A DNA stretch of 64,000 nt from positions 1,994,240-2,058,239 of the forward strand of contig NW_019091358.1 of assembly GCF_001949145.1 (NCBI RefSeq). The letters run 5' to 3'. Numbering within the stretch: the first letter of the stretch is position 1; the number at the start of each line of letters is the position of its first letter. The translations under genes were made by a program, and so were the position numbers. Under the pieces are notes generated by a model, which searched no databases, was not told the origin of the DNA, and saw only the letters and a program-made list of their open reading frames with translations. Source of the DNA: Acanthaster planci. Lineage: Eukaryota. Positions 53,152 through 64,000 of the stretch are shown here, in pieces.

Positions 53152-56100
53152 CATTCCAGACTATTGTTACTTAACACATCCCCCCAAGATGTCTGAAAGG
53201 AATTCCCCAGATTCCTGCGAGACAATTACCAACACAAAGCAGGGGGGGGTTCTCTCCGTCTCATACCTCGCTGCATACGTATTATGTACAGTGCATGTAT
53301 ATGTATTCTGCAAGTCGGGCATCCTATTTAAGCTGCTCTTGTCTTTTCTGTGCTATTATGTCTGGGATTAAGTCGGCACCTAAAATTTAGACTAGTTCCA
53401 AGTCCCTACACTGTTTTCCTATTTCAAGAACCTGTTATGTAAATACGCTATTGTATGAAAACCGTGATAAATACCTCCATGTGAATTAAAAAACTCAAAA
53501 CACTCGCTAGTTCATCAGTTGTTAAAGACACACATCAAATTGAAGCTCATTTCCTTATCTCTCTTTTCTTTTCATTTGGTTAACCGATGACTTATAAATG
53601 ATAACCCGTGGAAATAGCCGTGTGGCCCATCACCACTTTGAAAACGGATCCCATTGCAAAAAATCGTGGAAGGCTTTGATTTGTTCATTTTTTTCATAAA
53701 AAGGGGCTGGAAGTTGTGAACCCTCCAGTCCCTAATCCATATTCTAAGAGCAAATTTGACCAAAAATAAATATGAGGTCAAATTATGATTTTTTTGCATT
53801 AACAGTATGAAAACATACAAATGGAACAAAACAAGGAAACAACGACAAAAACATGTGAAGAATGTGGCACATGCCAGGAAAGGAAAAAGTTAACTAAATA
53901 ACTGTATCTCAAAGGCCTTCCTTTCCAGTGCCACAGACAATAAAAACATCCGTATTGCTAGTCAAAATTATAATATAACCTACATAGTACGAGTTAAAAA
54001 CTAAAAAACTAAAAATGGTTAAAAAGTAACAAAAAGGAAAAGCAAAATAATTAAAGTAAAAAAAGTAAAAGGTAAGTTTAACAAAGTTCAAAGACATCAA
54101 CCATCAATAAACGTAAAATAAATAAAGTATTTCGTGTAATTTGTGTTTTCATTATTTGTACAAACATGCTCGTCAATTTATTGCCACCAAAATGTTAAGT
54201 CCCATTTTAGTTCAACTGTAAAAAAGCTTCCACCGTTTGTATGGGATGTTTGCTTCATAGTGACCAATTGAAATGATGATGAACCATTACATGACATGTA
54301 TTGCTTACAATGGTATATGCGCACTTACTTTAGCTATTTATATTAGTTCCCCATTTGTTACTTTCTTGTTTTTTTAGAGTGGGAACCCCCCCACCCCACT
54401 TGGATCGCTTGTGAAGTACTGTTCATATCATTTTTGTCTGAAGCATTAATTTCACAAAGATCCACATAATCGTCCAGTGACTTGTCGTTCAGGAAGAAAG
54501 AACCGACACCAAATTGGAAATCGAAGGAAATTGCTTCACAAAAAATGTGAAACTGACTATTTTTCACCAGTGAACAAAAATACCTTTTCAACAGTTAGTC
54601 AAGTTTCCAAATCATGATTTCTTGATGAGATCAAAGATTACTTCGTTGGGAGAATTCGATGATAAGTTATCCCCATTTATTTGTAGCCCAATACACTAGA
54701 GGGATTTCCCGATATTTTGATGACGGACATCAAAGTGCTGTGACGTTATTAGACAGGAAAACGGAGTCTACACGAAATTCAGGCATAGCTGTAGGAGGTT
54801 GACGCAGGTTTGATGTTTTGTGAGCTGTTAAATCTTGTCATTGAGCTCCCGTACATAGGAAGTTTTAATATCATGGTCACATGTCCGCCTTTGGTATTTC
54901 ATTTTTTATTTTGTATGTACAACGACAACATCTTTTTAGCATTTAGTTTGAATGTCTCATATTTGTGTGCTTTCCAGGGTACCCTGTTTAAATTTTTTGT
55001 ACAGAGGGATAGAGTTCAGCGATTCCAAGCTATATCTTTTTAAATGACTAACAGTTGCATTTCACTGCAACTAAACTCCATATCATGAGAAGCACAGTCA
55101 CAGACATCAAGTCCTAAGTGTCTATTTGGTAGTGTTACTGTAATGCCTTTTCCATGTAATGCAACGTTTTGAGAACTAATTTTCCCAAAATCGATAAATG
55201 GTGCAACAAAAACAGATTTTCTGAAGAGTTTTCATGCTATATGAAATTTAAAGCCCCTATGTATAAAGACAAATTTAAATGTTGGCCACTTGTGGTTGGA
55301 ATTATTAAACACTGTGCTTTCTCACAGTTTTATTTTATTTCAGAAAATGTTCAGCTAGATGCAACGTTTCTTTTCCCTATTCCGTCTCGAATTGATTGCG
55401 TTGGACACCAACATGCAATTATTTTCAAATCAGTATGGGAAATCAAAGCATGTAAAACAACCCCGGGGCTGTGCTGTGTTCTAACGTCAGTTTATATCAT
55501 ACACAGACAGACTAAATCTGTAGGCCTATGGTTGCTGGCTGCTCTTTGTCAGAAGTAATTATGTTTTATACAACCTTGCAGCATTTTGTCTCAGCGCGAA
55601 AGACTTTCTGGAAACTTATTGTGCCTGTAGTGACTGCTGATGAGAAACTTCGGGCTTGTCCGTTGACCTCATCCATCACATTCGATTGTGAAGGTGTATG
55701 ACCCGAACTGATTTTCCAGCAGCTAACCATATGACTCATTTTGCAACCGAAAACACGGAGCAGGAGTTTACTATCCTATGTAAAGTGTGTCGGTGACTCG
55801 CGCCGCGATCCTTTTTGTTTTCCCTTAAAGTCAATTTAGGCGGAACAACTGAAACTAAACACTGCCCTCTGTTGTTTGTAATCACTCATGCAGTCATACC
55901 CAAAACGCAAAAGCTGGAGATTTTACCATCTCACAGTTGAGAGGAGGATGGCGATGTTTTGAAACTTGGCACGCATCGGAAGAAATTGCTTATTACAGTA
56001 TGTTTGTGAAGTTTTAGTTCAGTTAAACTTGAAAAGACATGGTCATTTCAACTTCATGACCTCACGCTTGTCGGTCCAAGTCAGTAGGAAAAGTTAACAC

Positions 56101-58091
56101 TTCATTTTGATTGACATCTCTCGGACAAGTATGGGCGTTTGGCGAAAGAAATACGTTCAATTTGCTTAGATCTGGTGTACGAACGATTTTAAGACATTAG
56201 TTATTGGAAAAAATCCTTCAGTTTTGGTAGGAAAGCAAAAAATTGTCGAAGGCGATCCGCTTCAGCTCTCTTAAAGGGTTCAAGTGTTAGAATCAGCTTT
56301 TTTGCACACATTAGAAACGGCAGACTGCTCGAGGAGGATAAGTTCAATTGGACTCTTTGGAGAATAGGAGGAAGGTACAAGATATTAAAAGCAGACTCAG
56401 GTATGTTGTGAACAGACTTTCATCTGACAAATTTGAACAGAAATTGTCATCATCTGTCTTTTACTTTTTCAAAAGCTCTACAATATTTTTACCTTTGTGA
56501 GTGAGCACTATGGGCCATATTTAATGAATTGAAGCAGCCGTGTCGGCTCCCAGGTGACTTTTGATGTGCAGAGAAGTGCCTCGGTAAGTGTTGTCACAGG
56601 TGTGCCCACAAGCGACGCTCTTCAAGTCGCCAATTTGGGGGAGGAATAACGCGGCTGAAATTAGACAAAAGTGATCAAGGGGTGTGCAGACTTCATATCT
56701 CATGGTTTGACGGCAGCTACCCCCTCATGTAAGGCATCATGACCAGATTCCAAATCGCAGATTGTTTATTAGCGTATCTGGCTCTGCTCCGTAATAATTG
56801 ACAGGATTTTGATTTTGGTGATTGGACTGCACGGAAATCAATCATACATGTACTCGTTCTTGAAAGCTTGGTGCTCCTGTAACAGCAAGTGGACCGGGAT
56901 CAGATTGACTCTTACAATACGTCAGCAGCTTTAAGTTCTAAGCTGTAGAGCCCAAATTGCAGCAGAGCACGGAGCTCAGGTCAAAAAGTCCAAACTCATT
57001 CGGGACTTTCGACGCGTAGGTTGCCCAGCCAGGCTTGCAGGTAGCAATCCTAGCCTGAGGAATTTATGTAATAACAATAAACGCTTCTAAAAATGCGACC
57101 TAACCCTGGCAGGACGGTACACTTGGAGGTCCACAGAAACTACCCAAACGTACATTATCTGGACCTCTTTTGTTCTCAAGTCCAAATTATGTAAAACAAA
57201 CAGAATAGCAGGAAATTAAAGTCCTGGAGTATGGGGATACACCCACTACACTTTTGAAAGGTACTACTTGTTAAACTTTCCCCAAACCAAAATGTATTCA
57301 GGGGTGGTGGGAAAAGGAAAAAATTACAAATGCTTTAAATGTGCTGTTTTGATGTAAGGTAAAGGGTGCAAGTGTGCATATGATGTACATCTGTATTGTG
57401 AACATGCCCCCCCCCATCGTGTCGTGTGAAGCAATCTCCACCCCACCCCAAGCGTTTCGAATCTCAATGATCATGCATTTTTTTAAAGATACCCCCCCGA
57501 CCCAAGCACAGATTTACGGACTACAAAGGAAACGGTCACACTTGTGACCTCAGCTGGATGAGACTTTTTGCTTGTCTTTCAGCCAGATTTGGGTTTCTGT
57601 TAAGTGTTAAAACTCTCAACAAAACTTAGGCCTTATATAAAGTAACATACACAGTTCCTATTTTTTACGAGGCATTCACCCCTTTCAGCTTACATGAAAG
57701 GTCAGGTAGGAATCTTCCCCCATCCTTTACATTTTTCTCAAACATTAAGTATGGAAATCCGTTGAATTTTATGGATTTATTTGGGCTACAAAAGGCGTGG
57801 ATCCAGGGGTTGGAAGCCCCTCCCCCAACTCTGAGACAAAAAGAGGAATAAAGTGGGAAAAAATTTAAAAAGTGACTAAAGTAAGAGCATCAACACAGTG
57901 GTAAGAAAATGCTTGTCATGTATAATGTTTCATCATCGTTTCCGCTTGTTGGCAAAAACTCGAGACATTAAAAAAACTCCGGCCTGACCTTCCCAGAAAA
58001 ACTCCTTGATCCACCCCTGCATTGTCTTAAGAAGTTTTTCTAAAGATTGCAGAATTAATTCATTAAAATATGAATCGACCGGTTGCGTCTG

Positions 58092-58320
58092 CTAAGTCAC
58101 GTGATCTATAATGGGTATCTAAAATCGACAAACATGGCGTTTGCTCCTAGAAAAATTGGTTTTTATAGTGCTTTTTATCAAATATAAAGGCAATTTTTGG
58201 TAGAGTGCTTAGAACACCAGTAGTCTGAGTACTCCTTATTTTGGTACATGATACTTATGGTAAGTGGAAGGACGCCATGTTTGTTGACGTTTGATATCCA
58301 CAATAAGTCACGTGACTTAG
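58092..58320. mobile_element. MITE with ~50-bp inverted termini
   Basis: ctaagtcacgtga...acaaacatggcgt is mirrored by acgccatgtttgt...tcacgtgacttag. Confidence 0.65.
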
Positions 58321-61300
58321 TGGCCGCTCTCAGTCTGTTACATGTTATGCCCACGTGTAGTGTCCTTGCTCTGTGTTCGCCAAACTCACGGACATTCTGA
58401 ACACTTTCTATTCACATCTTTACTCATTCTCGATCTTTTGAATTATTTTCACAGTTCAAAATTATCCACTTATATGTTCTGTGTCTTCATTGGTCTGTGA
58501 AATATTTCTGTTTCATATTTTGTCCGTCACACGATTGTGCAATAAGCGTGCATCCGACTACGCGCTCGATTCAAACGAGCTTGTGAAAAAAAAAACCTTA
58601 AAGTTGTATACCCGCACCCCGAAAATATCGATTCGTCTGCAGACTGCCCAGCCGTGGAATGAACAATTACTGTTTCCCGGAGTTCTGTACTTAATAGAGC
58701 CTGAACAAACGAAGGTGACCGTTTGATCTCTTCAGCTTGCAGAGAACATCGGCGTGAAATTGCCCAGTCTTGTGGACACAGACCCTCTTGCGCCCCCAGA
58801 TGATTACTTTTGGTGGCACGGTGAGGTCCCCCAGACAACAGTGTAGGGGCATATAATAAAACTGGCGCAGTTTGTGCGGGAGGGGGTCGGGAGCGACACG
58901 TCCCCAAGGGCAAATAGGCCTAAATGATTTAATCAGCAAGACGGTGCATTAACAGTGACATTTAACACAGTTTGTCCTGCGGGGTAGAGCCTTCTTGAAT
59001 ACCACAATCGCGCAATGTGCTGGTGGCATTTGAAAGAGGACCCAGACGCGTTGTACGCTATTGCTGCTTGTTATCTGGCATTAAACTTAACTCAACGCCG
59101 GATCGCATTCACGAAGCAACGACACTGTCTTCTCGGAATTTACACACAATTAATTTGAAATGATCTCGATCACGTGGTTAGTCTAATTGCACGATAGACG
59201 CTCAAGTCCCTTCACGAGCTGTCCATTTATCTGAACTGTAAGTACATGTCTCACTGTTGGCCGTTGGCTATTAACACGATTTCGGAGACAGTTGCCAGAC
59301 CACATGGAGGTTGTTCTAACAGAAGAAGCGGTGTGTGAGAGAGTGCTACATGTAGTGTGTTTTGTCCCGTTTCGACTTAAAAAAGTCCCAATGAAGGATC
59401 CCGGTTCGGGGTCCGTACTACATTATATGAAAGGTGAAGTGCTAAGCTAAGCGACGGGTAAACTTAGAGGGGTGTAAATAAAGATGACAGCAATCAATTA
59501 GAAATAAACAAATGAACAAAGACCCGTATTTAAAAACAAAAACCTGAAATTGCCAAAGCTGAGAGATTCAGTTTTCTGAAAGCGAACATATGCGGAACTC
59601 CGTTTTATAGGATTTCCTCGTTACTTTTTTTCCTCCTTTGCTCAGTGAATCAGATATTTGAGTAATGCAGTATGCCTGCTAACAGACATAGGCGTGAAAC
59701 CCAGGGAGTGGGGGTATATATCCCCCACTTTTTGACCGGGAGTGAATTATTGAATCCCCCCCCCTACAAATGGGCTGAGAAAAAAATTGAAGCAAATTGT
59801 GTTTTTTTCTTGACTTCCCAACAACCAAAATATATTCAATACCTCTGAAAAAGGAAGAACTATTTTTGTAAAGGTCACAAATACGCCGGTTTAATGTAAG
59901 GTTCTGCATCAGTGTAATACATGCAGATGTACATTAATCATGAACATCGCCCCCAATGTAGTGTCATATGGTTCAGCTCCCCCCCCCTTCAAATTTTCAT
60001 CCCACTCCCCTTAATTCGTGGCACAAATTTACGCCACGAATCACATTTCAGATGAATGCGTCGCTATTGTAGCCATCAGTCGACATCCGGATATCCATTA
60101 AAACCAGAATGGAACTCTCCTAGGAAATCTAGAGTCGAGTCAATTAGAAACAAAAACGTGCTTCATTTAACCATAACGCATGACAGAACTCGCTTGTCCT
60201 TTCTGGATCTTCTCTCCCTATGACTACCCGTGGATTCGTTCCATGAAGCGCAGTCTTCTGTTTCGTGCATAAATTTTGCTTGTATATTGGACGGAAAACT
60301 TGGGAACTCACATGGTAAATCACATGCCCCTGAGCTACAACACACCTGATGGTTGATTTATGCCCAGCTTTAACATTCTGTTATGGGTGTTTCTGTGGTA
60401 TAATGTCGCGATTTATGACCCACGATTTACCGATGAAGCCACTTGAAATGTGTTTGGGGAACTTCTGTCAAAGCTGAGTGTAAGGCCTTGGGTATTGGGG
60501 GAAGGGTGTTCACCGTGATTGATTTTGAAATGGACAGGGACATATTTTGATCTCCTGGATAAAGAAAAATAATAGAGTGTGCGAATCCTATCCTGGTTTT
60601 CCTGCGCTGCATCATATTCTCATGCCAAACCTTCTCATGACTCTCTGCCTCTTCAAGAAGTGAAGATTTCAAACGGTATAATGAATTACGGAGCAACGGA
60701 AAACGGTTTCGCCGCATCATTCTGAAACCTCAAGGGTAAGTGAGCGCTAGCCTATTGTCCAGAAGAAATGCTTAAACCTCTAACCATTTTGTGCAACGGC
60801 TAGCTAGGCAAGGTTCCCCATGGTTACTTTAGGTGCATGAGATTAGCGTCCACGAGTTTGAATCAGGTTTAACCCCGACCTGACTCGGGTTTAACCCCGA
60901 CCCCAACGGTCTCGCTTGTTTGACGAAGTAAACACGGCTATCCCCAGGTCAGTGTTGCCCTGTGAAAGTTAACCAAACGCACCTATAATGAATTTGCCTT
61001 GCCAGTACAATGCACCATCTTAAAGCTCTAATTGTCTTTATGCCAAACATGAAACCTCAAACTTAATGAATACCGGAACTTCAAGCTGTATTATACACTT
61101 CATCAATAACAAAATGCTCAAGATTAACGTTTCTATGCACTTGCATCTGTATGCCAACCAGTAGGGTTTTAAACAGTCTTGGTAGACGCAGTCAGAGCAT
61201 GGAGGAAGGACGCAGAAGATGTTTGAACTGCCAGGGCTATAACATCTGGCCAAGTACCGCTTTCTGGCATACCCGGTATGGCCGGAGCGCAGCACACGCC

Positions 61301-63747
61301 TGCTACTCACGACCTGTTTTGCAACTACAAGCCCTCTTTGTACCCTATGATCGTCGCCGCAATTTTTCGTTGGTAACCTGTATCCCTAAAGCGTTGTGTA
61401 CTGCAGTATAGGAAGTTGAATATTTATGCCATCGTTGGTGCTTGATAAGATCCGACAACAACATCAAATTTATTGCTTGCATAGTTGCTTTTACTAGGCT
61501 GTGTACCCGAAGTGTTCATGTGCAGTTGTTGCCCTTATCGAACGTTTTCTTCTGGACTTCTTTTTGGAATAAATAACAAAGCTGTTTGTAAGATATTGTG
61601 TTTTGTTTGAATAATTTTTATCATGGAATTTCTACAAAGGCGTAGTTTTTATATTTCACGATCACTCCCTGTGATGAAATAGCGCATTTTGTTCCTAATG
61701 AACTGAGCTTTCCAGAAGTAGTGAAGACTTTGATGGCCAGTCTTAGCCAAATTCTTACCTAGTCTTTGAACACTGATGTATTGGACGGAGGAGACTAGAA
61801 TTACAAACAATGCATGGATAATGAAACAGTGTGTCAAAATTTAAAAATTTTATTTATGATGGCAAAAGTAGGTCTAATATCAGGAATTTTTCTCTCTCTA
61901 TTTCCTGGTCACATCGATAATTTGTATTTAATTGCAAACAAAAAATTACAAGTATTGCCAGGATATTACTGGCCCCACTTGTCCAGCTAAGATGCAGGCA
62001 GCAATAAGGCATTTTTGGAATGTTTTCTATTATTTGTAAGACTCGTCGGCGACCATCATTGGACGCTTTGAAGTGCCTGAGTTACAACTCCTTCTGTGTC
62101 CTTCCTTCAAGGTCAGAGGGTGTTGATAGTGATGCAGTCTTTTCCATTCTTTCATGGACAGCGTGACTTCAGAATTATTCGAATTATTCCCCCCTCAACA
62201 ATATGCACAAAGAATCTAAATATAAATAAATACATAAAATTATGAAATAACAATTAAAGCAATAATAAAATGACATCTTAATACTTGTATAAAGGCAAGT
62301 GCATACCTATATTTGTGTACACCTGTCAACAGCAACTGGACATAAAAAATAGACTTGCCTGAACCCCCTCCGGTAAAATTCCTGGATCTGGCCCTGATTT
62401 CCTTAGTAAAGTGCACGACTTGGGGCAATTGCGCCTGTACACCTGCCATAGAGTTATACGTATTTATTTTTATTTGTTGATTTTTCTGTTTCTGTTTCCT
62501 TTTATTAATTCATATGCATTGAAATAAAGGTGTGAACTATCCTTTAAGCACAGACTCGACTAGTATGGCGACGAAGAAAGGTTATCATGATGAAGGTACA
62601 CATGACGGTGTTCTTGCTGGCTCTGCAATATACCTTTTAAAGTTTATTTTACATTGTGTCCTTCTGTATCTACCGTTGGTACCTATTGTAACTCATTTTC
62701 AATTTTCATTTTGTCGCTGTTCAGGGCATTTTAATATTTTCCTTGTTTTTGTACCACAGGTATAGCAACACATTTGCATATTCATAATCAAAAGTGTAAT
62801 GCCAATCAGGGAAAAACTATTTCAGCATTAAGACTTACCAAAATGTTTTATATTTTCCCCTTTCAGCTTGTTTTGGTGAGTCATTGTTTTGGTACAATTA
62901 TTCCAGTAGACTAGTCTGCAATTTTTCTTTTACAAATGTTTTCAGTAGGCAATATTTTGTGTTCAAAATTTAAACAGAAAGATTGATATTCCTTCAGTGA
63001 CATCAATATCAGCGCGCCGATTTTCCAGGAGAACCTGAGAAAACGAACAGTGTGTGTTTCAACGCGACAAATCAAAAGTATATTCAAAATAGTACATGTA
63101 CACGAAATCACATATTATAGGATGGGCGCAGAAAGGAGCACGAAATACGTTCCCCGAGTAAAATTCATAACATGGGCCCTTTAACATCTCCCCATTAATT
63201 TCTTCCCAGAATAAAGACCATTACTTCAACCAGAATCATTCTACAGATTTCCATGAATGGCGAAAACGTTCATTTTAAAAGAATTCAACCACGGGCCTAG
63301 GTTTACACCCTCTCCCCACAGAAAAAAAAGTAGGCCTATGCAGGTCTACCCACAGGACAACCCGTCAACGCAATTAGGCCCAGGAACTACGGCATTGATT
63401 TTCTATTCAATTTGAGCGAAGGGAGAAGCCAAGAAATTACAAAAGGGGGGCCTTAACGAAATTACTCGTGTAGATGGCGCGGTGTGCCTCGATATTCACC
63501 TCGTCATTGCTTACAACGCGCCCGTCGCAGGTTGCGCCCTGTACTCTCCGGCAGAGATCCGGCGCTTCCCCCCGTCTTGTAATCACCACCAGTTTGTACT
63601 TGCATTATTCCGTCGGCTCCTTTTACAACAATCGATGCAGTTTATCCAGTGTAGACTTGAGAACAACCGCAAATAAAAAGAGGGAATGCGGTCAGCAATT
63701 GCATTTGAATAAACCTATTACGGACTAGCGATGTGATACACGTCAAG

Positions 63748-63800
63748 ATGGCGAAGAAAACACACAAGAAAAGGGTAGAAAACGATTTGCATAAAAAGCG
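63748..63800 (+). CDS. first coding exon of an unidentified gene that continues past the window (MAKKTHKKRVENDLHKKR...)
   Basis: aagATGGCG start in a CpG-rich region and phase-2 donor cg|gtaagc. A strong acceptor ttttttcttgcag at 63989 continues in frame (R-D-L-I). Confidence 0.6.
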
Positions 63801-64000
63801 GTAAGCGCTGTCATTTGCATATCGAGATTCAATAACCTATAAGTAAAGGACAAGCCATTAAAATATTAGATCGACATTCAGTGAAGCTCTTATTAAAACA
63901 CACATCACACATGGTGAGCAATATTGCTAGTAGGAGTACGTTCTCGTTTCTCTGTGTATAGACACTGGTTTCATTTTTTTTTCTTGCAGTGACTTGATTT

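Overview
Intron-rich eukaryotic DNA, probably from a marine invertebrate; the repeat style fits a deuterostome such as an echinoderm or hemichordate, but the species cannot be proven from sequence. The first ~23 kb is a cluster of three complete nicotinic acetylcholine receptor (Cys-loop) alpha-subunit genes of alpha9/alpha10-like type. Genes A (177-5073) and B (7746-12413) are on +, and gene C (22705-13815) is on -. Every exon was reconstructed by hand with GT-AG sites and consistent phases. The standout signal is two intact, diverged copies of the 45-nt loop-2/loop-D exon in gene [16 protein letters not shown] and [15 protein letters not shown]. Splicing could therefore switch the complementary-face ligand-binding residue between Arg and Trp. 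Gene B is intact but has lost many canonical ACh-binding, gating and pore residues. The middle of the window holds decayed transposons (Helentron-like tandem-repeat element, BEL/Pao relic, CR1 LINE, DDE transposase relic). These are followed by a UBA-domain peptidyl-tRNA hydrolase 2 gene (-), whose probable promoter and first exon are mirrored by a ~270-bp inverted copy. A Gypsy LTR element with two assembly gaps follows, then MITEs, a speculative neuropeptide-like pair of exons, and the first coding exon of another gene at the right edge.
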